The notes under the pieces were generated by a model that saw only the letters and a program-made list of their open reading frames with translations, did no database searches and was not told where the DNA came from. A DNA stretch of 64,000 nt from an uncultured Gemmatimonadales bacterium. GTDB taxonomy: Bacteria; Gemmatimonadota; Gemmatimonadetes; Gemmatimonadales; GWC2-71-9. A program made the translations under genes and the position numbers. This document shows positions 1 to 10,294 of the stretch, piece after piece (position 1 is the stretch's first letter; each line of letters begins with the position of its first letter). Where the stretch lies: NCBI GenBank assembly GCA_963821525.1, contig CAWGED010000019.1, positions 1,024,001 through 1,088,000 on the forward strand, written 5' to 3'.

Positions 1-500
1 AGTCCTCATTCTACGGTGCCGGCAGGCCGGTATTGCACATCTTTACCGATCTCCACGAAGACTATCACCGCACCACCGACGACTGGGACAAGATCAACGC
101 CGACGGGCTGGCGAAGGTAGCGGATTTCACCACCGAGCTGGTTCGCGTGCTGGCCTCGCGTCCCGGTCCGCTCAACTTCGTCAGCAAGGCGGCACCCACT
201 GATTCAGGGCCGCCGCCAGTCACCCCAGGTTATGGCGCCTATCTGGGCACTGTGCCGGACATGAGCGAAAGTCCTGGCGGCGTCCGATTGACCGGTGTGC
301 GCGCGGGCAGCCCCGCCGAGAAAGCTGGACTCCGGGGTAGCGACGTGATCGTATCAATCGGCGGCATGGCGACACCCGACCTTCAGGCGATGACCAATGC
401 CCTGCGAGCCCACAAGGCGGGCGATGTCGTGGATGTCCGCTATGTGCGCGGCGGGGTGGAGCAGACCGTTTCGGTGACCCTGGGAACAAGAGGCAGCTGA
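1..500 (+). CDS. M28-family peptidase with C-terminal PDZ domain (5'-truncated by window edge)
   Basis: FTDLHEDYHRTTDDWDKIN M28 C-terminal motif, followed by YLGTVPD...GSPAEKAGLRGSDVI PDZ domain. Confidence 0.85.
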   Translation, partial: SSFYGAGRPVLHIFTDLHEDYHRTTDDWDKINADGLAKVADFTTELVRVLASRPGPLNFVSKAAPTDSGPPPVTPGYGAYLGTVPDMSESPGGVRLTGVRAGSPAEKAGLRGSDVIVSIGGMATPDLQAMTNALRAHKAGDVVDVRYVRGGVEQTVSVTLGTRGS

Positions 501-958
501 TGGCGTCGGCTCTCGATCCTCAGCCGATTCTCGCCGGACTGCGCGGAATCTTCGCACGCGAGGCTGGGCGAACCGCGTTACTCCAGTACGCGGCCGACCG
601 GATCCAGGCAGCGGGGCCACCCTTCACCTCGGTCTACCTCTACATGCTGCACGATGACGAGCTCGTGCTCGAGACGTTTGCGGGGAGGGAAACCGAGCAC
701 ACGCGAATCGCCGTCGGGAATGGCGTTTGTGGAACTGCCGTGGCCACCGGCCAGGACCAGAACGTGGGTGATGTCAGGGCGATCGAGAACTACATCGCCT
801 GCAACACCTTCACCCGTTCTGAGCTGGTCGTCCTGATTCGGCGAGGCAAGACGATCCTCGGCCAGATCGACGTGGACAGTGATGTTCCCGACCCCTTCGG
901 ACCCGACGAAGAAGCGGCGGTGCGTGCCGTCGCCGATGGTCTGGCAGTCCTTCTCTGA
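500..958 (+). CDS. GAF domain protein (free Met-R-sulfoxide reductase/MsrC-like)
   Basis: HTRIAVGNGVCGTA, YIAC...TRSELVV and GQIDVDS motifs. Confidence 0.8.
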   Translation: MASALDPQPILAGLRGIFAREAGRTALLQYAADRIQAAGPPFTSVYLYMLHDDELVLETFAGRETEHTRIAVGNGVCGTAVATGQDQNVGDVRAIENYIACNTFTRSELVVLIRRGKTILGQIDVDSDVPDPFGPDEEAAVRAVADGLAVLL

Positions 959-983
959 TCCGTAGGTTCTGCCAGGCCAGTCA

Positions 984-1889
984 ATGTCCCTACGCGCCTG
1001 GTCCTCCGCCCGCTGGACAGTCCCCCTCCCTCCAGGCCACCGCTTCCCGATTGCGAAATATGCGCTGATCCGCGACGTCGTCGTCGCTTCTGGCGCTCTG
1101 CCGGCCGGCGCGATCGAGGAGCCCGAACGCGTCCCTTTCCAAGCGCTGCAACTGGTCCACGGTCCGGCCTACGTTGAGTCGATCCTCGACGGCACCCTGG
1201 ACCCGGTCGCCGCCCGCCGCCTCGGCTTCCCCTGGACTCCGGAGCTGCGTGAGCGGTCCCTGCATACCGTTCAGGGCACTATCGAAGCCGCTCACGACGC
1301 GCTCGCTCGTGGCGCGGGCATGAACCTGGCGGGCGGCACCCATCACGCATTCGCCGATCGGGGCGAGGGGTTCTGCGTCTTCAACGACGTCGCGGTCGCG
1401 GTCCGTTCCCTCCAGCGTTCGGGGATGGTACACAACGTCGCGATCGTAGATTTGGACGTACATCAAGGGAACGGGACCGCCAGCCTCTTCGAGAATGATC
1501 CTGATGTCTTCACCTTCTCGATGCACGGCGACAACAACTACCCTTTCCACAAGGAATCGAGCCGGCTGGACGTTGGCCTCCCCGACGGCTGCGACGACTC
1601 CTTCTACCTCGGACAGCTCGCCAGACATCTCGATACCGTGCTGGATGCGGCGGAGCCGGACCTGGTGTGTTATCTCGGAGGAGCCGACCCGTATTCGGGA
1701 GACCGGTTCGGCCGCCTCAAGCTGTCGATGGACGGACTGCGGCGACGGGATCAGATGGTGTTCGAGATCTGCTACCGGCGTGGTCTCCCGGTCGTTCTGA
1801 CGCTGGCTGGTGGTTATGCGGCAGACCTCCAGGACATCGCCACGATCCACCTCAACACCGTGCGCGAGCTTCTCGCTTACTACGGCTAG
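984..1889 (+). CDS. Histone deacetylase family protein
   Basis: HRFP, GGTHHA, GFC, DLDVHQGNG, GADP and GGY motifs. Confidence 0.93.
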   Translation: MSLRAWSSARWTVPLPPGHRFPIAKYALIRDVVVASGALPAGAIEEPERVPFQALQLVHGPAYVESILDGTLDPVAARRLGFPWTPELRERSLHTVQGTIEAAHDALARGAGMNLAGGTHHAFADRGEGFCVFNDVAVAVRSLQRSGMVHNVAIVDLDVHQGNGTASLFENDPDVFTFSMHGDNNYPFHKESSRLDVGLPDGCDDSFYLGQLARHLDTVLDAAEPDLVCYLGGADPYSGDRFGRLKLSMDGLRRRDQMVFEICYRRGLPVVLTLAGGYAADLQDIATIHLNTVRELLAYYG

Positions 1890-1906
1890 CTCACCGTCCA
1901 ATTCTC

Positions 1907-2737
1907 ATGGAAGAAACCAGGCTGACGAGATCAGTACGCGGCGTGGAAATCTTTGAACGGCGCGTCGGGAACGGGCCGCCGGTCGTCGTGTTGCACGGCG
2001 GCCCCGGCGCTCATCATGACTATCTCCTGCCGGGATTCGACGCGTTAGACGGTGATCGAGAGCTGATTTACTACGACCAGCGGGGAGGAGGCCGCTCCCC
2101 AGTCGGCCGCGATGTTCCGGTCGGCTGGCGAGAGCACGTTGCCGACCTTGAGGAGCTTCGCACCATCTGGAAGCTGGAGCGTCTTGCGCTGTGCGGCTAT
2201 TCCTGGGGCGGATTATTGGCGATGCTCTATGCCATCGCCCATCCTAACAACGTGGAGCGGCTCGCGCTCGTATCGCCTGCCCCGTCCTGGCGAGCGGCCC
2301 GCATCGAATTCGAGGCCCGTTTCCGCGCTCGCTCGGCAACCCCGGAGATCGAGGCGGAGCGTCGCGCGCTCCGTGCGAGCGGGCTCCGGGAGCGAGACCT
2401 CGCCACCTATCAACGTCGGCTCTTCGAGCTCGCGGTTGCGGGGTATTTCCACGATCCCTCACGAGTCAGTGAGCTGACCCCGTTCCGGATCACGGAGCGA
2501 ACCCAGCGGGAGGTCTGGGAAAGTCTTGGCGATTACGACATTCGGCCCGCGCTCCGTCAGCTCAGGCTCCCGGCCCTGGTGGTTCACGGAGACGACGATC
2601 CGATTCCAGTAGAAAGCGCTCGCGAGACCGCGAATTGCCTGAGCGCGGAATGGTGCCTCCTGCGGAACTGCGGCCATGTCCCGCACGTCGAGGCCTTCGA
2701 TCAATTCGTCGAGGCCCTGGATAACTTTCTTCCGTGA
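1907..2737 (+). CDS. Alpha/beta hydrolase (proline iminopeptidase-like)
   Basis: LHGGPG, YDQRGGG, GYSWGG nucleophile elbow, GDDD and CGH; start moved to ATG 1907 downstream of the HDAC stop. Confidence 0.88.
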   Translation: MEETRLTRSVRGVEIFERRVGNGPPVVVLHGGPGAHHDYLLPGFDALDGDRELIYYDQRGGGRSPVGRDVPVGWREHVADLEELRTIWKLERLALCGYSWGGLLAMLYAIAHPNNVERLALVSPAPSWRAARIEFEARFRARSATPEIEAERRALRASGLRERDLATYQRRLFELAVAGYFHDPSRVSELTPFRITERTQREVWESLGDYDIRPALRQLRLPALVVHGDDDPIPVESARETANCLSAEWCLLRNCGHVPHVEAFDQFVEALDNFLP

Positions 2738-3435
2738 GATCCACTCCGTTCGATCAGGTATTCGGCAGGCTCGCCGTGGAACGGTTCCCCCCGCTCCGCG
2801 ATTCCCTGGCAGCTTCGCACGTCGACCCCCATGACCTGGACGCCTTCGTCCTCGACCGCGAGGTCGTAGGCCTGCTTCAGGATCTTGTTCCGGAAGGTGC
2901 CGGTGAGTCCCTGGACCAGCACCTCAGCCTTCTGCACCACGCCTTTCTCTTCTGGCTGGAGGGCGGCTGGTCGTTTCGCTTGAGCCGTGCCCGCGCCGAG
3001 ATGATCCTCAAGCAGGAGACGGCGTCACCCAACGACGGGACTTCGGTTCCGCGAGCCTACTACATTCAGTTTCCGGAACGCCTCGTGTGGGCCGAGTTGG
3101 AAAGCGGAGCACCGCATGAGCCTCTGGATGGGCTCTTCGTCCGCCCCTGGCCGGGCGGGGGGTATTTTGTCCTCGGCGTGTTCGGCATGCATCCGACCCG
3201 GGAAGGCTTCACCGTGGTCGAGGCCGATGGCTTTCCAGCCGAGAACCCGTCGCGGGAGGACGGCTCCTCACTCTTTTCTCCGGTGATGGCCGGCGGCACA
3301 AGCGCACAACTGGCTTCCCTGGTGGGACAGGAGGAGCTGCTCGAGTTGGCCGCCCGCACGGCCGCGGCAGTCGGAGAGGTAGTGCGCCGGATCGGCGCCG
3401 AGAATCGCCCGCACGCTCCAATCGAGATCAACTGA
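2734..3435 (+). CDS. Hypothetical protein
   Basis: 233 aa ORF that overlaps the upstream stop (GTGA) and ends 3 nt before polX; no motif recognised. Confidence 0.75.
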   Translation: MRSTPFDQVFGRLAVERFPPLRDSLAASHVDPHDLDAFVLDREVVGLLQDLVPEGAGESLDQHLSLLHHAFLFWLEGGWSFRLSRARAEMILKQETASPNDGTSVPRAYYIQFPERLVWAELESGAPHEPLDGLFVRPWPGGGYFVLGVFGMHPTREGFTVVEADGFPAENPSREDGSSLFSPVMAGGTSAQLASLVGQEELLELAARTAAAVGEVVRRIGAENRPHAPIEIN

Positions 3436-3438
3436 GCC

Positions 3439-5169
3439 ATGATGGATCAGAAGGCCGTGGCGCGCGTGTTCGAGCAGATCGCTTCCTTCATGGAATTGAA
3501 GGGAGAGAACACGTTCCGGGTGCGGGCCTTCACGACCGCGGCCCGGTCGCTGGGGGCCTTTCCCGGTGATCTCCGAACCGCGCTCGACGATGGCACGCTG
3601 GCGGGAACCAAAGGCATCGGGCCCGCCACTCTTCAGATCGTGACCGAGCTGCTCACGGTTGGCCGGTCCTCCCTGCTGGAAGAACTCAGGGAACAGGTTC
3701 CCCCCGGACTCGTGGAGATGCTCCAGGTCTCGGGACTCGGCGTCGCCAAGATCCGGCAGATTCACGAAGCCCTCGACATCGACTCCCTTCCCGAACTCGA
3801 AGCCGCGGCGCGCGATGGACGCCTCGCCAGGCTTCCGCGATTCGGCGCCAAGACAGCCGAGAACGTTCTCAAGGGCATCGCATTCCTCCGCCAGGCCAGT
3901 GAGTTCAAGCTCTCGCACCACGCCGCCGAGGAGGCGGAGACCCTGCGCGCCGCGCTGGAGCGATTGCCCGGGGTGACGTGCGCAGTCATCGGCGGCGAGG
4001 TGCGGCGGCGCTGCGAGCTGGTGAAAGAGCTGATCGTGGTTCTGGTGGCCGAGGCTCAGCCGGCGGATCTGTTCAAGCGTATGGCGCAGTTGCCCGGCGT
4101 CTACGAGTTCGGCGGACACGACGAGCGTCAGGTAACGCTGCGGTTCGCCGGCGGCTCGAGTGCACAGGTGGTGGTCACGACGCCGGTCAATGCCGGGGGA
4201 GTACTGGTCCAGGCCACCGGCAGCGATGCCCACTTGAGCCAACTCATGACCTTCGCTCAACAACGCGGCTTTTCGTTGACCGGTGCTGCCCTGTGGAAGG
4301 GCAGTGAGTTTGTGGCGACCCGCAACGAGGCGGATTTCTACCAGGCCTTGGGCCTGCCGGAGATTCCACCTGAAATCCGCGAAGGACGGGGAGAGATCGA
4401 GGCTGCCGGGAAGAATGAGCTACCCGCTCTTCTGGACCAGAGCGACTTGAAGGGCTTCCTGCATTGCCACAGCGACTACTCGGATGGATCGAACACCATC
4501 GTGGAGATGGCCGCGGCCTGCCGGGATGCCGGTTACCAGTACCTCGGCATCACCGACCACAGCCAGGCGGCAGCCTACGCCGGTGGCCTTGCTGCTGACG
4601 ATCTCAAGCGGCAGGCAGACGAGATCGACGCCGTGAACCAGGGTCTGAAGGGATTTCGAGTCCTGAAAGGAATCGAGGCTGATATTCTCGCGACCGGCGG
4701 CCTGGACTACGACGAGGCCACCCTCGGCCGGCTCGACTTCGTCATCGGCTCGATTCACAGCAGGTTCGGCATGAACGAGCAGGAGATGACGGCGCGAATG
4801 CTGGCCGCGATGGACAATCCCTGTCTCACCATCATCGGCCATCCGACCGGCCGGTTGCTACTCTCGCGCGACCCGTATCCGCTCGACCTGGACCGGATCC
4901 TGGAGAAGGCCGCTGCCAACGGAGTGGCGATGGAGATCAATGCGGACCCCCACCGCCTCGACCTCGACTGGCGCCGGTTGCGCGAAGCCCGCGATCGAGG
5001 CGTGCTGTTGTCGATCGGCGCCGATGCCCACAGCATCGCGGGGCTCCGCCACGTCCCCTTCGGTGTCGGGATGGCGAGGAAGGGATGGCTGACCAAACGG
5101 GACATTCTCAACGCCCGGCCGGCGGACGAATTCCTCAAGCACGCCGCTCGGCGGAGAGCCAGCAGGTGA
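3439..5169 (+). CDS. polX: DNA polymerase X/PHP 3'-5' exonuclease, with non-canonical polymerase site
   Basis: N-terminal GENTFRVRAF, HhH motifs, ATGS; PHP metal motifs HCH, TDHS, GIEADI, SIHS, GHPTGR and DAH. Confidence 0.93.
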   Translation: MMDQKAVARVFEQIASFMELKGENTFRVRAFTTAARSLGAFPGDLRTALDDGTLAGTKGIGPATLQIVTELLTVGRSSLLEELREQVPPGLVEMLQVSGLGVAKIRQIHEALDIDSLPELEAAARDGRLARLPRFGAKTAENVLKGIAFLRQASEFKLSHHAAEEAETLRAALERLPGVTCAVIGGEVRRRCELVKELIVVLVAEAQPADLFKRMAQLPGVYEFGGHDERQVTLRFAGGSSAQVVVTTPVNAGGVLVQATGSDAHLSQLMTFAQQRGFSLTGAALWKGSEFVATRNEADFYQALGLPEIPPEIREGRGEIEAAGKNELPALLDQSDLKGFLHCHSDYSDGSNTIVEMAAACRDAGYQYLGITDHSQAAAYAGGLAADDLKRQADEIDAVNQGLKGFRVLKGIEADILATGGLDYDEATLGRLDFVIGSIHSRFGMNEQEMTARMLAAMDNPCLTIIGHPTGRLLLSRDPYPLDLDRILEKAAANGVAMEINADPHRLDLDWRRLREARDRGVLLSIGADAHSIAGLRHVPFGVGMARKGWLTKRDILNARPADEFLKHAARRRASR

Positions 5170-5828
5170 AGCGTACCACCCGGCCGAAGCTGGCGAGTGC
5201 CAAGGAACGAGCGCCCCTGATTCTCGCCCGCCTCAAGGCGGCATATCCCGAAGCGCGCACCGCCCTGAATTTCGGAAACGCCTACCAACTTCTCGTCGCA
5301 ACGATTCTCTCCGCCCAGTGCACCGACACGAGAGTCAACATGGTGACTCCGGAAGTCTTCCGCCGGTTTCCCAATCCGGCGGCGATGGCTAGGGCAAGAA
5401 GGCCGGTGCTGGAGCGATTGATCCAGTCAACCGGATTCTTCCGCAACAAGACCAAGAACCTGATCGGAATGGCCCAGGCCCTCGTCGCGGACCATGGCGG
5501 AGAGGTTCCCAATACCATGGAGGAGCTTCACGCGCTTCCGGGAGTCGGACGCAAGACCGCGAACGTCGTGCTGGGAAATGCCTTCGGAATCAACGTAGGA
5601 GTCACGGTCGATACTCACGTGGCTCGGCTGAGCCAGAGACTGCGTCTCACCCTTCACGACGACCCGGTGAAGATCGAGCGCGATTTGATGCCCTTGTTCC
5701 CGCAGGCTGATTGGGCCCTGCTGTCACACCTGCTGATCTTCCATGGACGTCAGGTGTGCATTGCACGACGCCCGCGCTGTGAAGCCTGTGCCCTCGCCGA
5801 TCTCTGCCCTTCCGCCCGGATTCCATAG
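5166..5828 (+). CDS. nth: Endonuclease III
   Basis: LLVATILSAQCTD, LPGVGRKTANVV HhH, VDTHV and C-x6-C-x2-C-x5-C Fe-S motif; GTG start overlaps the polX stop. Confidence 0.95.
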   Translation: MKRTTRPKLASAKERAPLILARLKAAYPEARTALNFGNAYQLLVATILSAQCTDTRVNMVTPEVFRRFPNPAAMARARRPVLERLIQSTGFFRNKTKNLIGMAQALVADHGGEVPNTMEELHALPGVGRKTANVVLGNAFGINVGVTVDTHVARLSQRLRLTLHDDPVKIERDLMPLFPQADWALLSHLLIFHGRQVCIARRPRCEACALADLCPSARIP

Positions 5829-5837
5829 CCGGTCAAG

Positions 5838-6360
5838 TCAGCACGCTGCTAGGGAATGGTCGTCTGATAGACCTCGGTACGGAACGGGCTGAAAGCCCCG
5901 TTTGACGTAGTTCGGCAGCGCGGCGGGATGATCGAGCGTGCAGGTGTGGAGCCACACACGCGTAGGACTCAAGTTCCAGGCCTCCTCCACCGCCTTGGTG
6001 AGCAAGAGGGTCCCGAGGCCCCGGCCGATCGCATGTGGCATCAAGCCGAAGTAGGCGATCTCGACCGACCCGTCCTCATGCCGCTTGAGCTCGAAGTACC
6101 CTCCGGGGGCGCCTCTCTCATAAAGGATCCAGGTCCAGACCGGCCCTTTGAGATATTCCTCGATCTGGCTGTCGCTCCAGACCAGCCGGTCGCGCCAGTA
6201 GAATTGCTTCCCCACCTCGGCGTACAAGAATCGAAACAAGCCCACCGGATAGGTCTCGACCCGCTCGATCCGAACGCCATTCGGCGGATCGGCTGCAGCC
6301 CCGAAGATCACCCGGGGAGGTCATCTCGAGGTAAGTCCTGGTCACGTCGATTTTTGACAT
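5838..6360 (-). CDS. GNAT N-acetyltransferase (frameshifted near 6305 and probably near 5887)
   Basis: N-terminus MSKIDVTRTYLEM in one frame; body EIAYFGL...GRGLG...WLHTCTLDHPAALPNY in another; removing one C restores an FQPFRTEVY tail. Confidence 0.82.
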
Positions 6361-6476
6361 TTCGGCTCCCGGGAAAGCGGCAAATATAAGGAGCATTGTC
6401 CGGCTTTCCTCAATCCACGCTGTGCAAGTCTGAGGGCCCTCCGCATCTCCCGCCCGTCCCAGGAACAGAGGATCTC

Positions 6477-8642
6477 ATGCTGCGCACAGGAAAGCTCGCG
6501 CTCGTCTTGGCCCTTCTGGCCGGGCCCGCACAGGCACAAGGGTGGATCGAAATCGAGCGGCCGCGAGTCCCGGTCGGCTCGCCGACGATCATTCGCACCG
6601 AATCACAGGTTCGCACCACGATTGACGGGCGCATCGCCCGAGTCGAGGTCGCCGAGCAATTTCGCAATCAGGGCGGCAGCATCGCGGAGGGGAGTTACCT
6701 CTACCCGCTTCCTGGTGAAGCCGTTTTCCAGAACTTCTCCCTCTGGATGGGTAACCAGGAACTCCGCGGCGAAATGATGAACGCCGACCAGGCCCGGAAC
6801 ATCTACGAAGAGATTGTCCGGCGGCAGAAGGATCCGGCGTTATTGACCCTCGCAGGCCACGGGTTGGTGCGAGCGAGGGTGTTTCCCATTCAGGCGGGAG
6901 AGACTCGCAAGATCGCCCTGCGGTATACCCAGCTTCTCGAGAGAGCGGGAGACGCACTCCGCCTCCGCTACGCCGTGGGAGAGCGCGGCCGTTCAAATCT
7001 TTCCTTTCTCGTCACTGTTCCCAACGCGGGTGATTTCGGACAGCCCTATTCGCCAACCCACCACATCACGACCGACCGCCATGGCGACCAGCTCGAGATA
7101 ACGGTCGATGCCGACGGCGGGAGCGATATCGAACTGTTCCTGCCGCTCCGTCAGGGAATCGTGGGAACCAGCGCGGTCACCCACGCGCCCGGCGGCGAGG
7201 ATGGATATCTGATGCTGCTACTCGCGCCCGCGATGACCGAAGACGGCCCAGTAGTGCCGCGGGACCTCTCCCTGGTAGTGGATGTCTCCGGTTCGATGTC
7301 GGGCGCCAAACTCGATCAGGCCAAGGCCGCCCTGCGGCAGGCGCTGGGTACCCTGAGTTCGGTGGATCGCTTCAGGCTTGTCTCATTCAGCTCCGGCGTC
7401 CGCAATTTCCGCGATGGGTGGAGTCCGGTCACCGCGAATACCCTGCGAGAGGCCCGGCAGTTCGTCGATGCGCTCCAGGCCGAAGGCGGGACCAATATCG
7501 CGGGCGCGCTGGACGCGGTTCTCGGAACGACCGTGCCGGAAGACCGACTGCCAATCGTGGTCTTCCTGACCGACGGACTTCCATCGGTCGGCGAACAGGA
7601 GCCCGATCGAATTGCGGCCGCCGCCGCCGGCCACATCGGGCGCACCAGGATTTTCACTGTGGGTGTGGGACCCGACGTCAACACCTATCTCATTGACCGG
7701 CTCGCGAAAGAAGGGCGCGGGAGTGCGGAATACGTGCCACCCGATGCCAGCGTCGAGGTGGCGATGGGTAGCCTGCTCGGCAAAATCCGCCGCCCGGCCC
7801 TGGTCAACCTGCGGATCGTGGATTCCCCGGTCAGGTTGATTGATCTGTCCCCCGGCACGCTTCCCGATCTGTTCTACGGCGAGGAGCTGACGGTCTTCGG
7901 GCGCTATCGTGGTGAAGGGAGTGGTCCGATCGTCATTGAAGGAGAGCGCAACGGCCGCCGGGAGCGATTCACCGCCCAGGCCACCTTCCCCAGAAGTCAG
8001 CCGGCCAATGACTTTATTCCCCGGCTGTGGGCGTCTCGCAGAATTGGAGACCTGACTCGCCAGATTCGCCTCGAAGGATCGAGCGAGGTTCTGGTCCGCG
8101 AAGTACGCGACCTGGGACTTCGCTACGGCATCCTCACCGAGTACACGTCGTATCTGGTGCAGGAGCCCGGCGTGGTCGCCATGAATCGCCGGATCGAGGA
8201 CGCCGCCGCGATGCGGCCAGCGGCCCCAGCGGCGCAGACCGGGCAAGGAGCATTCGACATTGCCAAGCAAAGCGCGTCGCTCTCCAAGACGAGCTCGCTC
8301 GCGGAGGCCGACAAGGAGGAGAACGAGAAGCTCATGATCGGCGCGGCAGCGAATAAGGACATCGATATGAAGCGGGTCGGGGGTAGGATCTTCGCGCGGC
8401 GAGATGGCGTCTGGACGGATGCCGCGTTGGGCGATAGTCTGCGGGTGATTGAGGTAGCGCCCTACAGCGACGCCTACTTCGCCGTTGCCCGGGCCCTTCC
8501 CGAACTGGGGCCCTGCCTGGTTCTGGGAGATGAAGTCGCAATCGCTGGCCGATCAGTGACCGTTCGCATCACGGCCAAAGGTGCGCAGTCGATTTCGAAC
8601 CGAGATCTGACGGCGCTGGTGAAGGGATTCCGGGGAGTCTGA
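6477..8642 (+). CDS. Secreted VIT and vWA domain-containing protein
   Basis: Signal peptide (AQAQ), VIT motifs YLYPLP and DPALL, MIDAS DVSGSM...GGTN...LTDG, ILTEYTSYLV. Confidence 0.9.
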   Translation: MLRTGKLALVLALLAGPAQAQGWIEIERPRVPVGSPTIIRTESQVRTTIDGRIARVEVAEQFRNQGGSIAEGSYLYPLPGEAVFQNFSLWMGNQELRGEMMNADQARNIYEEIVRRQKDPALLTLAGHGLVRARVFPIQAGETRKIALRYTQLLERAGDALRLRYAVGERGRSNLSFLVTVPNAGDFGQPYSPTHHITTDRHGDQLEITVDADGGSDIELFLPLRQGIVGTSAVTHAPGGEDGYLMLLLAPAMTEDGPVVPRDLSLVVDVSGSMSGAKLDQAKAALRQALGTLSSVDRFRLVSFSSGVRNFRDGWSPVTANTLREARQFVDALQAEGGTNIAGALDAVLGTTVPEDRLPIVVFLTDGLPSVGEQEPDRIAAAAAGHIGRTRIFTVGVGPDVNTYLIDRLAKEGRGSAEYVPPDASVEVAMGSLLGKIRRPALVNLRIVDSPVRLIDLSPGTLPDLFYGEELTVFGRYRGEGSGPIVIEGERNGRRERFTAQATFPRSQPANDFIPRLWASRRIGDLTRQIRLEGSSEVLVREVRDLGLRYGILTEYTSYLVQEPGVVAMNRRIEDAAAMRPAAPAAQTGQGAFDIAKQSASLSKTSSLAEADKEENEKLMIGAAANKDIDMKRVGGRIFARRDGVWTDAALGDSLRVIEVAPYSDAYFAVARALPELGPCLVLGDEVAIAGRSVTVRITAKGAQSISNRDLTALVKGFRGV

Positions 8643-8643
8643 G

Positions 8644-9144
8644 GTGGCCCACACGGTCGAATCGCTTTACGCCACGTACCACGAGTCGCTCGTGCGGATG
8701 CTGTACCGCCGCACGGGCGATCGTGATCGGGCCGAGGACCTCGCTCAGGAAGTGTTTGCCCGGGCCCTGACCACGCCACCCGACAACCCGCGACCCTGGC
8801 TGTTTGCGGTTGCGCTCAACCTGGTGCGTGATGACGGGCGTCGCGCCGTTCGCCAGGGGCGGCGACTCCAGCTCCTCAAGGCGGAAAGCACCACGACTTC
8901 GCCGGGGCCGGATCACGATTATGAGAGGGAGCAACAGATTCGCGCGGTTCGCGCGGCATTGGACGAGATGAACGAGCGGGATCGCGACGTCCTGTTGCTG
9001 AAGGCAGAAGGATTCAACTACGACGAAATCGCCGCGACCACAGGGTTGGCGAAAGGAGCCATCGGAACCACGCTGGCTCGAGCTCGCCGCCGGCTGGTCG
9101 AGGAATATCGAAAGCAGGATAAGGACCGCTATGCCGCATCTTGA
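8644..9144 (+). CDS. ECF RNA polymerase sigma factor
   Basis: AEDLAQEVF, WLFAVALN, YDEIA...GAIGTTLARARRRL. Confidence 0.92.
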   Translation: MAHTVESLYATYHESLVRMLYRRTGDRDRAEDLAQEVFARALTTPPDNPRPWLFAVALNLVRDDGRRAVRQGRRLQLLKAESTTTSPGPDHDYEREQQIRAVRAALDEMNERDRDVLLLKAEGFNYDEIAATTGLAKGAIGTTLARARRRLVEEYRKQDKDRYAAS

Positions 9145-10222
9145 CGAAGGCCACATCCACGCCATGCTGGATGGCGAGCTGACCACCGCCGACCGTGAGG
9201 CCGCGGAGCAGCATCTCCGAGCCTGCGCCGAGTGCCAGCAACTGCTGGCCGAGGCGCGGAGCCTGTTCGCCGAAGCGGACCGGCTAGTTGAGACGCTGGT
9301 GCCGCCGGCAGCCAGCCAGCCGGCTCGCAAACTCCCAACCGTCCGCGCCGGGGGGAAGAACTACCGATGGTTGGCCTGGGCAGCGACTGTCGTGATGGCC
9401 GTGGGGTTGGGGTACTACGGAAGCGCGCTGCGGGACAAGACTCAAGTCACGGCTTCCGGCGACTCATTGCTCAAACAGGACGAGTTGCGCGAGACCGCGC
9501 CCGGGATCATCGGAGCCGCCCCGCCGGCCGACGCGGCCTCAAGCCTGGCACAAAAGAGCGAATCGCGCCGCGCTCCCGAACTCGCCAAGTCCGCCCCGGG
9601 CGCCAAGGCGGCGGAAGCCCCGATCACAGCGAATAAGGTTACGCTCGGAGATTCATCCAGGTCCGGCCAGCGGGCGGATGCTTTGGACGAAGCGGCCGAG
9701 GAGGGGCAAATGCTTCGGGATAAGGAACGAAACGAGAAAGATGCCAAGGCCCAGGCCGAACCGCCGGGCCGCCTGGTCGAAACGCCGATGCCCAAGCCCA
9801 AAGTCCTGAACACCGAGATCCCCACCGGATTCCGAGCTAGCTCTTTGGAGGAGGCAGTCCGGGTTCTTGGTGGAAGCGTCTTGCTGATCGATGGGATGAC
9901 CCCTCAGATGGTCCTGGTGGGCTCGGGCGCCGCATTCGCTGGTGGGAATCCCGATCAGGAGGTGGTACGAGTCGTCTACGATGACCCGCCAGGACGTCAA
10001 CTTTGGCTCGATCAGCAGCGAATCGAGCAAGCACCTGAGGGTGCCGCTCAGGCCCTTAGAGCCACCTCTAAGCTGAACCTGCTTCCGGGAGATACCTTGG
10101 TAACGCCGGCTGCGGATGGCGCTTCCAGCCTCAACTGGGTCTCGCAAGCCATGTTTCGGCTTGGGCTTAGGGGATTTCTCCCGACCGACTCCTTGCGCGC
10201 TCTGGCACGACGGGTGCGGTGA
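9131..10222 (+). CDS. Zinc-finger (zf-HC2) anti-sigma factor with TM helix and extracytoplasmic domain
   Basis: HLRACAEC (HxxxCxxC), WLAWAATVVMAVGLGY TM helix; overlaps the ECF gene. Confidence 0.85.
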   Translation: MPHLDEGHIHAMLDGELTTADREAAEQHLRACAECQQLLAEARSLFAEADRLVETLVPPAASQPARKLPTVRAGGKNYRWLAWAATVVMAVGLGYYGSALRDKTQVTASGDSLLKQDELRETAPGIIGAAPPADAASSLAQKSESRRAPELAKSAPGAKAAEAPITANKVTLGDSSRSGQRADALDEAAEEGQMLRDKERNEKDAKAQAEPPGRLVETPMPKPKVLNTEIPTGFRASSLEEAVRVLGGSVLLIDGMTPQMVLVGSGAAFAGGNPDQEVVRVVYDDPPGRQLWLDQQRIEQAPEGAAQALRATSKLNLLPGDTLVTPAADGASSLNWVSQAMFRLGLRGFLPTDSLRALARRVR

Positions 10223-10294
10223 CGGGATCCGGCCCCTACTTTGTAAGAAACTCCCGCTAGATTAGGGATCCAGCAGGTCCGGATTTTCCGAAGC

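Noticed and set aside
990..1901. 303 aa antisense ORF, and similar long shadow ORFs (3268..4263, 30706..31923, 50518..51774, 58912..60363)
   Set aside because: They mirror well-supported genes on the opposite strand, carry no motifs, and are expected in high-GC DNA.
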